Below are positions 10,434 through 20,224 of a DNA stretch of 64,000 nucleotides, piece by piece. A program made the position numbers and the translations under genes. The notes beneath the pieces are model-generated. The model did no database searches and was not told the origin of the DNA. It saw only the letters and a program-made list of their open reading frames with translations. Origin of the DNA: an uncultured delta proteobacterium (GTDB lineage Bacteria; Desulfobacterota; Binatia; UBA9968); NCBI GenBank assembly GCA_963745035.1, contig CAVUVW010000021.1, positions 160,001 to 224,000 of the forward strand, given 5' to 3'. How positions within the stretch are numbered: the first letter of the stretch is position 1; the number at the start of each line of letters is the position of its first letter.

Positions 10434-11258
10434 TTAAGAATGCTTCACGCTGTTCACGTGGCGAGCATAGACGTCGGTGCGGCGGTTTTTGAGCAGCGGC
10501 AATTTTTCGCGCGTTTCTTTAACTAAGCTCAAGTCGAGCTCGACAACTTCCAGTCCTTCCTTTTCACCGAGATCGATAAGCGCGCGGCCGAGTGGATCGA
10601 CGATCATGCTGTGGCCGATGTAAATGTTGCCGACTTGGTCGGGCGCGATCACGTAGGCGCCGTTTTCCAGCGCCCGCGCTTTGATCATCGTCTGCCAATG
10701 ATCGACTTTGAGATCGCCTTGCACCCAACCCGACGGGGCGACTAACACATTGGCGCCTTCGAGCGCGAGCATGCGCGCCATTTCCGGGAAGCGCAGGTCA
10801 TAGCAGATCATCATGCCGAATTGGCACTCGCCCGACTGGACCAGCGGCGCGATCGCGGTGCCGGGATGAAATTTATCCGATTCTTTAAAGCCGAAGGCGT
10901 CGTAGAGATGGAGCTTGCGATAGACCGCGGCGACGTTTCCCCCTTTATCGATCCAAACCGAAGTGTCAAACACTCGATTCGGAGTAGTGGATACTTCGTA
11001 AATTGTCGCGACGACCGCAATGGCTGCTGTTCTCGCCGCATCCCGAAGCGTGGAGATAAACGGCCCATCCACTGACTCGGCGATTCGCGCCAGCTCTTCA
11101 GCGCTCTGACTGGCAGGAGAGAAGGCCATCAAGAACTCCGGAAAAGCGATGAGCTCGGCGCCTGTGCGCTCGGCGTCATGAATCAAGCTGACTGCTTTAC
11201 GGAGATTCGCTTCCTTGTCCGTGGATGATTCGACTTGTGCGATTGCGACCCTATTCAT
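10434..11258 (-). CDS. Carbon-nitrogen hydrolase (Nit1/deaminated glutathione amidase-like)
   Basis: FPE, YRKLHLYD and ICYDLRFPE catalytic triad motifs. Confidence 0.9.
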   Translation of the reverse strand: MNRVAIAQVESSTDKEANLRKAVSLIHDAERTGAELIAFPEFLMAFSPASQSAEELARIAESVDGPFISTLRDAARTAAIAVVATIYEVSTTPNRVFDTSVWIDKGGNVAAVYRKLHLYDAFGFKESDKFHPGTAIAPLVQSGECQFGMMICYDLRFPEMARMLALEGANVLVAPSGWVQGDLKVDHWQTMIKARALENGAYVIAPDQVGNIYIGHSMIVDPLGRALIDLGEKEGLEVVELDLSLVKETREKLPLLKNRRTDVYARHVNSVKHS

Positions 11259-11363
11259 GAGAGCTGGCTTTCCCGATCAACATCGGCGGCGCACTGACTG
11301 GAATAATTTTCATCGCCAAGCTATCCAAGTAAGGAAGCTCCGTCAATCCGTCCAGATCACCAG

Positions 11364-12791
11364 ATGCCGCAGCCCGCAATCACCCCAAGACTGCAACGCC
11401 TGGCGCTGCTCAACGTCTGTCTCGGCCAGTTCATGAGCGCGCTCGATTCCCGCTCAGTGAACGTGGCGTTGCCGACCTTGTCAGCCTACTTCGACGTGTC
11501 GATGGCCTACGTCCAATGGGTGCCGCTCGCTTATCAATTGACGCTCGTCGGGTTGGTCCTGAGCATGGCGCGGCTGGGCGACAAACTTGGCCGCAAGAAG
11601 ATCTACGCCCTCGGTTTTGTTCTTTTGGGCGCCGGCTCGGCCGCCTGCGGGCTGAGCCCGCAATTATGGCAGATCATCATGTTTCGCGTGGTCGAAGCGA
11701 TCGGCGGCGCGCTGGTGCTCGCGAACGGCCGCGCGATCGCCTCGGCCCTTTATGCCAAGGAAGGGAGAGGGCGCGCGCTCGGCATGATGTCGATGTCGTT
11801 TCATCTGGGCTACATCACCGGCCCGTCGCTGGGCGGTTTCCTGGTCGATACCATCGGCTGGCGCTGGATCTTTTTCATGAACATGCCGGTGGCGATCGCA
11901 GCCTCCGCGATGGCGTGGAAGATCCTGCCCGAGAGCGTGACGGAGAAGCGCGACTATTCGCTCGATCCGATCGGCATGATCACGCTGCTCTTGACAATCG
12001 TTTCGTTGATCGTCGGCTTGCAGCAAGTCGCACGGTCGGGTTTTAGCCTATTTTCGCTCGGCTTGTTTCTCGCGTCGGCAACTTTCCTTTTTCTGCTGCT
12101 GCATTTCGAGCGCAAGTCCGCGGCGCCTTTGCTCGACCTGTCGTTGTTTAAGATCAGGCTTCTCACCGCTGGAATTTTGAGCCACTTCTTTGTGTCGATC
12201 TCGCATACCTCGACTTTTTTTCTTTTGCCGTTTTATCTGCAAGGCATTCTGCGCTTTACCCCGACGCAGGTGGGCATCACGGTCATTTGTTTCTCTCTGG
12301 TCATCGTCGTGTTGGCTCCCATCGGTGGCTGGCTTGCGGACCGGCTTGGGTCGAGAATGTTGTGCACGGTAGGTTCGGTACTGACCGCGCTCGCCATGAT
12401 CGCCTTCGCGCGCCTCGGCGCGAACAGCACTCAGGTTGACATTATAATTCCGTTGATGCTGCTGGGACTGGGCTGGTCGTTGTTTCAATCGCCCAACCTG
12501 AGCGGCATGTTCAATGCCGTGGATTCGCGTTACGTTGGCGCCGTGAGCGGCTTGTCATTGACCTCGGCAAATATCGCCAACGCCATGGGCGTGGCCGTGG
12601 GCAGCGTGTTGTTCCTGCGCTGGCTGCGATTTCATGGCCTTACCGATTCGGTAGTTCCGCCTTACACGGAGTGGGGGAGGGCACCGCAAATTTTCGTCGA
12701 GTCGTTCCAAAGCTCGTGGACGGTGATCGCCGGGCTGGCGGCGATCGCGATCGTTACGTCGGCGATGCGAGGGAAGGATGAGAGGAAGTAA
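11364..12791 (+). CDS. MFS transporter, DHA2/EmrB-QacA type
   Basis: LDSRSVNVALP, LGDKLGRKK and WRWIFFMNMP motifs; many hydrophobic segments. Confidence 0.9.
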   Translation: MPQPAITPRLQRLALLNVCLGQFMSALDSRSVNVALPTLSAYFDVSMAYVQWVPLAYQLTLVGLVLSMARLGDKLGRKKIYALGFVLLGAGSAACGLSPQLWQIIMFRVVEAIGGALVLANGRAIASALYAKEGRGRALGMMSMSFHLGYITGPSLGGFLVDTIGWRWIFFMNMPVAIAASAMAWKILPESVTEKRDYSLDPIGMITLLLTIVSLIVGLQQVARSGFSLFSLGLFLASATFLFLLLHFERKSAAPLLDLSLFKIRLLTAGILSHFFVSISHTSTFFLLPFYLQGILRFTPTQVGITVICFSLVIVVLAPIGGWLADRLGSRMLCTVGSVLTALAMIAFARLGANSTQVDIIIPLMLLGLGWSLFQSPNLSGMFNAVDSRYVGAVSGLSLTSANIANAMGVAVGSVLFLRWLRFHGLTDSVVPPYTEWGRAPQIFVESFQSSWTVIAGLAAIAIVTSAMRGKDERK

Positions 12792-12871
12792 AAGGAGTAA
12801 AAGGAGTGTTGAGCATTGAACAGGCAGATAAAGCGAATGTACGACTAATCGGTCCACACACTCCAGTATCT

Positions 12872-13927
12872 TCAGTAGTTGAGTTGCTGGCCGGCTTTTT
12901 TCTTCTGGACGTTGTCGAGAACCTTGGCGCCAAGCGCGACGTCGGCGACGCCTTGGCCGGCGTTGTTTTTGTAGAAGGTGATCTGATCGGCCTTGGTGCG
13001 GCCTTCCTTTTTGCCGGCGAGGATCTCGCCGATCTCGATCAACTGTTCCCATCGGATGACGCCGCGCTCCACCGGGTCGAAGATATCGGCCTGCTCGTCC
13101 TGCCGCGCTTGCTCGACGGAGACGATGCCGTGCACGTCGCTTCGCGCCAGAGTGGCATCGTCGATCTCGCGCCGCTTGGCGGCGGCAAAGCCGTTTTTCA
13201 CCAGGCCGACATTGCTGCCGACGATGGTGGTGACGTGCTGGCCGGGTTTGAGCCAGTTGCCGTCGAACACCGGCACGCTGGAATTGGTCGCGGTCAAAAT
13301 AATATCGACGCCGCGCACGGCCTCTTCGGCCGATGCCACCGGCTCGATATCGAGCTGGGTGAGCGGCGCCATTTCCTCGGCGAATTTTTTCCGGTTGTCC
13401 GGATTGCGGCTGTAGACTTTGACCTTCTTCAGTTTTCGCACCTGCATCAGTGCCAGCAGATGGTTCTTGGCCTGGCCGGCGGCGCCGAACAGGCCGAGGC
13501 TCGTGGCGTCGGGCCGCGCCAAGAGATCGGTGCCGACGGCGCTGGTCGCGGCCGTGCGCAGGCCGGTGACGGCGATATTGTCGGGCAGCTCGGCGCAGGT
13601 GATCTCGCCGACGATGATGCCTTTGAGCTCGCCTTCGGCGGAATCGTAGAGCACGATCACCGGATGATTGAGGCGCGGGTAGACCTGCTCGGAGGCCATC
13701 GGCTTTACCCATTCGCAGTGCGTCATCAAGCCGGTGGCCTTGGCCGCCGGCACGCCGCCCTGGTGCACGCTCACGCGCACGCCGGTGGGAATGTGGATCC
13801 GGCGGCGCGGCGCGTTGAGAAGCGCATTCTCGCCCCACTCGCGAAATCCGAGGCGCACCGCTTCGACGGCCTCCGACATGCTGACGATGCCGCGGATTTC
13901 TTGTGGGCTCACAAGCAAAGGTTGCAT
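12872..13927 (-). CDS. Ornithine cyclodeaminase/mu-crystallin family protein
   Basis: TGLRTAA, GLFGAAGQA, DIILTATNS and YKNNAGQGVADVA motifs. Confidence 0.88.
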   Translation of the reverse strand: MQPLLVSPQEIRGIVSMSEAVEAVRLGFREWGENALLNAPRRRIHIPTGVRVSVHQGGVPAAKATGLMTHCEWVKPMASEQVYPRLNHPVIVLYDSAEGELKGIIVGEITCAELPDNIAVTGLRTAATSAVGTDLLARPDATSLGLFGAAGQAKNHLLALMQVRKLKKVKVYSRNPDNRKKFAEEMAPLTQLDIEPVASAEEAVRGVDIILTATNSSVPVFDGNWLKPGQHVTTIVGSNVGLVKNGFAAAKRREIDDATLARSDVHGIVSVEQARQDEQADIFDPVERGVIRWEQLIEIGEILAGKKEGRTKADQITFYKNNAGQGVADVALGAKVLDNVQKKKAGQQLNY

Positions 13928-13940
13928 GCGAACGTCTCTT

Positions 13941-14501
13941 TCAGATGGTCGGCGCGACCCGCGGCCGCGCGATCAGGTCTTCGCCCCAGCGCTTGAGATT
14001 GGGATAGCGATCGTCGATGGTCACTTCGTAGCGCTCGCGACGCGTGTAAAACGGAATGAAGCTCACGTCCGCGAGCGAGTACTCGCCGACCAGATATTTC
14101 TTGCCGGACATTTCTTTATCCAACGCGGCAAGATGTTGCTCCATGCGCTGCTGCGCTTTCTCGGGCTCGCGCTTGTGCGTGATGTCGGACGCCGCGGCGT
14201 GGAGCCGGGTGCTCATGTAATCGACCCAGATGCGCGCCTTGGCGCGAAGCAGGAGATCGGCGGGCATCAGCCGGACCTGAGGAAACTTCTCGTCCAAATA
14301 TTCGTCGATGATCGCCGACTCATAAATCACGCCCTCGCCGTCGACCAAAACGGGAACTTTGCCGTAAGGATTGCGCTGCACGAGGTCGGAAGGCTTGTTC
14401 TTCAAATCCACTTCGATGAGCTCGTAGGGAAGTTGCTTTTCCGCCAGGACAATCCTTGTCCTGTGGGCGTAGGGTCAGGTGTGGCTGGAATAAAGCTTCA
14501 T
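13941..14501 (-). CDS. Glutathione S-transferase family protein, predicted selenoprotein (Sec9, UPYA)
   Basis: ATG at 14501 with AAGGAGG RBS reads MKLYSSHT-TGA-PYAHRTRIVLAEK and continues in frame to NPYGKVPVL...IYESAII. The TGA (14475-14477) sits at the CPY catalytic position. Confidence 0.82.
14445..14463 (-). promoter_or_regulatory. Bacterial SECIS-like hairpin of the Sec-GST
   Basis: mRNA reads UGA + 11 nt + CAGGACAA-GGA-UUGUCCUG: a perfect 8-bp stem with a G-first loop 19 nt after the UGA. Confidence 0.75.
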
Positions 14502-14533
14502 GGCGTGCCCTCCTTCTCGGTTTGAATATCAAC

Positions 14534-14650
14534 TGGGTTCAAATCGTTCAAGTCGTTCAAATAGTTCAAATCGTCAGATGAAGAAGGCGAACGCGTCTTT
14601 TCTTCTTACACGGCTTGAACGTTTTGAACGGCTTGAACTACTTGAACCCA
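14534..14650. repeat. Inverted-repeat element with arms of 9-nt tandem units (GTTCAANNN / NNNTTGAAC)
   Basis: GTTCAA at 14537, 14546, 14555, 14564; TTGAAC at 14615, 14624, 14633, 14642; ends TGGGTTCAA and TTGAACCCA are complementary. Confidence 0.85.
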
Positions 14651-14652
14651 CT

Positions 14653-15460
14653 CTATCGAGTGCGTGCGGTTAGTCGTTCCTGCAGCGTGTCGCCGACGAT
14701 ATTCAAGGCCAAAACGGTAAACATCAAAGCGAGTCCGGGATAGGTCGTGAGATGCGGCGCGACGAGCAAGAATTGCCGGCCATCGTTCAACATGGAGCCC
14801 CACGACGGCGCCGGCGGCTCCACGCCGAGGCCGAGAAAGCTCAGGCTGCCTTCGGCGACGATGGCCGCCGCCAAGCCGAACGTCGCTTGAATCAGCAACG
14901 GCGCGAGCAGATTGGGGATCAGATGGCGGATGATGATTCGCCTCGGTGAACAGCCGAGGCCGCGTGCCGCCTGCACGAACTCGCGCTCGCGGAGCGACAA
15001 GATTTCGCCGCGGACCAGGCGCGCGTAGCCGGTCCAGCCGATCAGGCAGAGCGCCAGGATCACATGATCGAGTCCGGGACCGAGCACGGCCGTCAGCGCT
15101 ATGGCGAGCAGGATGCCGGGAAACGCCATCAAAATATCGACCAGGCGCATGAGCAGGAGATCGAGCCAGCCGCCGAAATAGCCGGACAATGAGCCGGCGG
15201 CGACCCCGAGCGAGAGCGAAATGAGCACGGTGGCGATTCCCGTGAGCAGCGAAATCCGCCCGCCATAGATTGTCCGGCTCAAGACGTCGCGGCCCGAGTT
15301 TATCAGTGCCGAGCGGATGATCGGCGGAATAGGCGAGCAGATCTTTGTCGAGATCTTGGCGGAGCGGATCGTGGGGCGCGATCAGCGGCGCGAACAGCGC
15401 GGCAACGGCGAGCGCAAGCAGGACCGCCAGGCCGGCGTAGAACCACACTCTATTCGCCAA
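14653..15460 (-). CDS. Peptide/nickel ABC transporter permease, DppC-like (frameshift near 15295)
   Basis: HPLGTDKLG, then SRTIYGGRISL; EAA loop REFVQAARGLG; LSFLGLG. Confidence 0.88.
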
Positions 15461-16373
15461 AGCGCACCCGCGGATCGACCAGCTTGTAGAGCAGGTCGGT
15501 GAAAAAATTGATCAACACGTAGGACGCGGCGATCACCAGCACGCAGCCCTGGACGAGCGGATAGTCGCGCGTCTGGATCGCCTGGATGGTCAGCCGGCCG
15601 ATGCCCGGCCAGCTAAAAATCGTCTCGGTGATCAACGAGCCGGCGAGCAGACCGCCGAATTGCAAGCTCATGATCGTGACCACGGAAAGCAGGGCGTTGC
15701 GCAGCACGTGCTTCACCCACACTTTGGCTTCGCGCAAGCCCTTGGCACGGGCGGTCTGGACAAATTCCTGATGCGCGGCCTCGATCAGGCTCGCGCGCAG
15801 GATGCGCACGAGGATGGCCGCCATGCCGAGCCCGAGTGTGACGGCCGGCAGAAACAGATGGCCGAGACCGCCGCGTCCGGACACCGGCGTCCAGCCGAGC
15901 TGGATCGAAAAGACGATCATCAGGAGCGGGCCGAGCCAGAAGTTGGGCAGCGAGAGCCCGAGCAAGGAAAACGCCAGCGCCGCGCGATCGATCCAACCGC
16001 CACGGTGGAATGCCGCCAGCGCGCCGAGCGGAAACGAAATCAAGATCGCCGCGATCATGGCACAGAGCGCGAGCTGGAAGGTGGCGGGGAAGCGCGCGCC
16101 GATAATTTGCGTCACTCCTGCCGGCTCGTAGAGAGAACGGCCGAGGTCGCCGGCGGCGAGATTCACGAGAAATGACCGGTATTGGGTCAGGAGCGGGCGG
16201 TCAAATCCCAAACTTCGACGCAACGATTCCTTGTCGGCCGCGGTCGCGGTTTCGCCGAGCATGACTTCCACGGGATCGCCGGGGATCAGATGGATCAGCA
16301 GAAATACCAGCGAGACCGCGCCGAGCAGGGTGGGCAGCAACAGTAACAAGCGCCGGATCAAAAATCGCTTCAC
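15450..16373 (-). CDS. Peptide/nickel ABC transporter permease, DppB/NikB-like
   Basis: PGDP, TARAKGL, TETIFSWPGIG and RDYPLVQG motifs. Confidence 0.92.
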   Translation of the reverse strand: MKRFLIRRLLLLLPTLLGAVSLVFLLIHLIPGDPVEVMLGETATAADKESLRRSLGFDRPLLTQYRSFLVNLAAGDLGRSLYEPAGVTQIIGARFPATFQLALCAMIAAILISFPLGALAAFHRGGWIDRAALAFSLLGLSLPNFWLGPLLMIVFSIQLGWTPVSGRGGLGHLFLPAVTLGLGMAAILVRILRASLIEAAHQEFVQTARAKGLREAKVWVKHVLRNALLSVVTIMSLQFGGLLAGSLITETIFSWPGIGRLTIQAIQTRDYPLVQGCVLVIAASYVLINFFTDLLYKLVDPRVRFGE

Positions 16374-16383
16374 GGGCGCGCCG

Positions 16384-17982
16384 CTAGCCGAATGCGGCCT
16401 TCTTGAAGGAAATCAGCTCGCCGTCGGGATAGGGGACGAAACCGCGTAGGTTGGGTTTTTTCACGATCACGTTCTTCCACCACCAGAGCGGCACGTAGGG
16501 CAGATCTTCGGCGAGGAGCCTTTGCACCTGCGCGTAAATTTCTCGGCGCTCTTGCCGATCGACTGTCGCACGCCCCTGGTCGAGCAGGCGGTCGACTTCG
16601 AGATTGCGATAGCGGCCGCGGTTGTCGCCGTTGGGCGGCGTGCTGGAGGAGTGAAAAATCTGATGGTAGATGTCCGGATCTTCGATGCCGACCCATGCGA
16701 GCGAATAGAGATGGAAGTTGCCGCTCTTCACGTCGCTAAAAAAAGTGCCCCATTCGTAGGTGCGCAGCTCGAGCTCGATGCCGACCTGTGATAGCTGCTC
16801 TTTGAGCGCTTCGGCGATGCGCCGGCGGAGGTCGATGTTGGTGGTCTTGAAGGAAAGACGAAAACGCGGGCGCGGTCCGTCGCCGTCGGGATCGATAAAG
16901 CCCGCCTCGTCGAGCAGTTGTTTGGCGCGCGCCCGATCGTAGGGCCAGCGCCGCGCGTTGCCCTCGTAGGCCCAGCTGTGCGGCGAAAGCAGGCCGCTGG
17001 CTTCCGTGGCGATGTTCTTGAGCAGATGGCGGATGATGCTGTCACGATCGATAGCGCAGGCGAGGGCCTGGCGGACTTTCCGGTGGCGCAAGATCGGATG
17101 CGTCAAATTGAATCCGATGTACTGAAACGTCGTGCCGTTTGCCGTCTCCACCCGGGCGCTGGTGTTTTTCTCGAGCCAGGGGAGCATCTCCGGCTCCAGA
17201 TCATTTTGCATGAAGTCGACGGCCCCCTGCTTGAACTCGAGCACCCGCACCAGCGCATCGGGAACAATTTTGAAAACCACACCTGGCAGCGGAGGGCGCC
17301 CCTCCCAGTACTCCGGGTTGGCTTGCAGCGTGACCTTCTCTCCCGATTCCAGCGCTTTTAAACGAAACGGTCCCGAGCCCGGCGGCGGGCGCGGGTTGGA
17401 ATTGCCAGCCTTCGGCGCGCCCGCGGGCACGATGCCGAGAGTGAATTGCTCGATGAAAGGCGCGTGCGGCGCACGCAAGCGAAAGCGCAGTTGGTGAGCG
17501 CCGGTCTGCTCGATGCTCTCGAGCGGCAACAGCGGGCCGCGTTTGGGCGAGAGAGCGGCGGGATCTAAAATCGATTCGTAGGTGTACTTCACATCGGCGG
17601 CGGTGAGGCGCGCGCCGTTGTGAAAAACCGCATCGGCGCGCAGATCGAAATGATAGGTGCGGTCGTCGAGCATGCGCCAATCTACCGCTAGCTCGCGCCG
17701 CAGTTGCGATCGTTCGTCGTAGCGCAGCAGCGAATTGTAGATCAGATTACCGATGCGCACGGAGTTGGCGTCGGTCGAGTAGCGCGGATCAAGCTGGAGC
17801 GGGTTGCTCTCGATGCCGGCGACCAGATAGCCGGGCGGGCGCCCGTCGGACGAGCGGCAACCGGAACAAGCGGCGAGCAATAGGGCGACGGAATACAATC
17901 GCAGAGATCGGTGGCGGCGCAACGACAAAAACTCTCGCGCGAAAATTTTCCTGAAAATAGCCGGTTTGCTGGACTCGGTCAA
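16384..17982 (-). CDS. ABC transporter substrate-binding lipoprotein, family 5 (DppA/NikA-like); start uncertain
   Basis: LDPR, FHNGARLTAADVKYT, GSGPF and VRQALACAIDR motifs. Confidence 0.88.
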   Translation of the reverse strand: MTESSKPAIFRKIFAREFLSLRRHRSLRLYSVALLLAACSGCRSSDGRPPGYLVAGIESNPLQLDPRYSTDANSVRIGNLIYNSLLRYDERSQLRRELAVDWRMLDDRTYHFDLRADAVFHNGARLTAADVKYTYESILDPAALSPKRGPLLPLESIEQTGAHQLRFRLRAPHAPFIEQFTLGIVPAGAPKAGNSNPRPPPGSGPFRLKALESGEKVTLQANPEYWEGRPPLPGVVFKIVPDALVRVLEFKQGAVDFMQNDLEPEMLPWLEKNTSARVETANGTTFQYIGFNLTHPILRHRKVRQALACAIDRDSIIRHLLKNIATEASGLLSPHSWAYEGNARRWPYDRARAKQLLDEAGFIDPDGDGPRPRFRLSFKTTNIDLRRRIAEALKEQLSQVGIELELRTYEWGTFFSDVKSGNFHLYSLAWVGIEDPDIYHQIFHSSSTPPNGDNRGRYRNLEVDRLLDQGRATVDRQERREIYAQVQRLLAEDLPYVPLWWWKNVIVKKPNLRGFVPYPDGELISFKKAAFG

Positions 17983-18006
17983 TTTTTTTCATTACCTTGG
18001 GAAGCA

Positions 18007-19212
18007 ATGCTCCGCTTGGCTCGATCGCTGCCGCCGGCACTCGCGCTCGCATTGTCCCTTCTGGTTACGCCGGCGCTCTGCGCGCAATCGCGTCCGTTTC
18101 CCATGCCGGCCGGCTTGGAGGGCGCGGTGGAATTCTGGAAGCGGATCTTTACGCGCTACAGTTTCGCTGAAGTCGTGCTCTTCGATCCGATGGACCCCGC
18201 CACGATCTACAGCGTGGTGCGCGCGCCCGACACCGAAGAGGGACGGGCGCTGGTGGAAAGGGAGCGCGCACGCGTCGCCGCCGAGTACGATCTGGCCGAC
18301 GCGGAGAACCGGCTCCGCAGCCAGCGCGGCGCCAAGGAGCACTTTGCCGAAGGGCTCAGAATTTCCGGGCGTTATATCTCCGAGATGAAAAAAATCTTCC
18401 GCGCCGAAGGCGTGCCCGAGGAGCTGACGTATTTGCCGCTGGTCGAGTCGTCTTTCAACATCCGGGCGCGCTCGTCGGCGGGCGCGGTGGGCATGTGGCA
18501 ATTCATGCCTGACACCGGAAAGAAGTTCCTGCGCATCGACGCGACGGTCGACGAGCGGCGCGATCCCTTCACCTCGACGCGGGCCGCGGCGCGGCTGCTG
18601 AAACAAAACTATCGCCTGTTCGAGAGCTGGCCGTTGGCGATCACCGCGTACAATCACGGCACGGAAGGGATTTTCCGGGGCATGAAGGCGGTGGAGTCCG
18701 ACGATCTGGTGGAATTGATCAAACGCTACCAGTCGCCGACCTTCGGCTTCGCTTCGAAAAACTTTTACGCGGAGTTTCTCGCGGTGGTGGATATCGCCTC
18801 GCGGCAGGAAGTTTACTTTCCGTTTTTGCGTGCCCATCGGCCCGTGGCGCTGCGCGAAGTCGAAGTCAAACGGCAGACGCCGCTGCTCGCGGTGCTGAAG
18901 CCGGCGGCGATTGCGCACGACGATTTTTTCGAATGGAACCCGGCCCTCGAGCGCGACTTAAAGGCGCTGCCGGTGGGCTACCGGATCAAGCTGCCACCGC
19001 AAAAAGTCGACGCCTTCTCGCTGGCCGAGCGCCGCGCCTGGGACGTCGTTTCGAAGAAACCCAGGACTGTAAAAGCGAGCGGCGGCGGACCCAAAAGCGC
19101 TGGCGCCGCCGCTCCAACGCCGGCGCGGTCATCGAGAAAGAGCGTTGCCGCTTCCGCCGCCAAGGCTTCCGCTCCCGCCGTCCGTCGTACGCCCACCAAG
19201 GCCGGTCTGTGA
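18007..19212 (+). CDS. Lytic transglycosylase (MltD-like SLT domain)
   Basis: LPLVESSF, AVGMWQFMPDTG, DERRDP and AITAYNHG motifs. Confidence 0.9.
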   Translation: MLRLARSLPPALALALSLLVTPALCAQSRPFPMPAGLEGAVEFWKRIFTRYSFAEVVLFDPMDPATIYSVVRAPDTEEGRALVERERARVAAEYDLADAENRLRSQRGAKEHFAEGLRISGRYISEMKKIFRAEGVPEELTYLPLVESSFNIRARSSAGAVGMWQFMPDTGKKFLRIDATVDERRDPFTSTRAAARLLKQNYRLFESWPLAITAYNHGTEGIFRGMKAVESDDLVELIKRYQSPTFGFASKNFYAEFLAVVDIASRQEVYFPFLRAHRPVALREVEVKRQTPLLAVLKPAAIAHDDFFEWNPALERDLKALPVGYRIKLPPQKVDAFSLAERRAWDVVSKKPRTVKASGGGPKSAGAAAPTPARSSRKSVAASAAKASAPAVRRTPTKAGL

Positions 19213-19403
19213 CGAAAGATTGGCAAGCATTCTTCAGAGCTAGGTTCGTGGCGACGCTCTTAACTTCGTTTTGAATCTCATTGGAATCAAATTCCCGCAG
19301 TTTGCTGCGTCGCCTACAATAACCTGCGGAGGATTGCGCCGATTCTAGCGGGGTTTGCGTTGGCTTGAAGGCGGGTTGCGTTGTCATATAATGACCGTGC
19401 TTT

Positions 19404-20222
19404 ATGGACGCGGTGTTATTCACGCTCACGGCGGTCGCGTATCTAGTTGCCGCCGGGAGTTTTTTCCTCTATCTGTTCCGCGGCGAGACCGCCGCGCGTC
19501 TGCCGACGGCGCTGTTGTTCGCCGGCTTTCTGGTTCATTCGTGCGCCTTGCTCAGCCGTTTTCTCCAGGACGGTTTCGCCGCGGTGGCGGTGATGGGCTA
19601 TGCGCTGCTGTTTTACGGCTGGCTGATGGTCGGCATCTATTTGCTCGTCCAACTCAGATACCGCCTCGCCATCCTCGGCGGCATCATCGCGCCCTTGGCG
19701 TTTCTCATGACGCTGTCGCCGTTGGTCGTCGGCCGCGGCGCGGGCGAAATTCCCCCGGCGCTGCAAACCTACTGGCTGCCGGTGCACGTGACGCTCGCGT
19801 TTCTCGGCAACGCCGTGCTCGCGCTGGCGTTCGGCGTAAGCCTGATCTATGTGCTGCAAGAGCGCCATCTCAAGAATAAGAAAATGACCGCGTTAATGAA
19901 GCGCTTTCCGCCGCTGGAGTCCTTGGATCGGCTCAACTACGTGCTCCTGGTCTGGGGCTTTCCTTTGATGACCTTGGGAATTCTCACCGGCAGCCTGTGG
20001 GCGGGCATTCACTGGGGCAATTACTGGTCGTGGGATCCGCGGCAGATTTCCTCGGCCGCCGCGTGGCTGCTCTACGGCGCGCTCCTGCACGCGCGCCTCA
20101 CCGCGGGCTTGCGCGGCAAGAAGGCGGCGCTCCTCACCATGTTCGGCTTCTGCGTCGTGCTCGGTTATTTTCTTTGGGGAGAGGCGCTCTTTCCCAGCCG
20201 GCATGGGGGCCGGTTCGAATAG
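19404..20222 (+). CDS. ccsA: Cytochrome c biogenesis CcsA/CcsB (HemX-like) membrane protein
   Basis: WLPVHV motif and WWD-type motif GSLWAGIHWGNYWSWDPR; lies upstream of hemA. Confidence 0.8.
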   Translation: MDAVLFTLTAVAYLVAAGSFFLYLFRGETAARLPTALLFAGFLVHSCALLSRFLQDGFAAVAVMGYALLFYGWLMVGIYLLVQLRYRLAILGGIIAPLAFLMTLSPLVVGRGAGEIPPALQTYWLPVHVTLAFLGNAVLALAFGVSLIYVLQERHLKNKKMTALMKRFPPLESLDRLNYVLLVWGFPLMTLGILTGSLWAGIHWGNYWSWDPRQISSAAAWLLYGALLHARLTAGLRGKKAALLTMFGFCVVLGYFLWGEALFPSRHGGRFE

Positions 20223-20224
20223 GC

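Noticed and set aside
14534-14650. GTTC/GAAC in the 9-nt elements as phosphorothioation target clusters linked to dndB
   Set aside because: No dndCDE in the window, and the elements lie in the core region far from dndB; probably coincidental.
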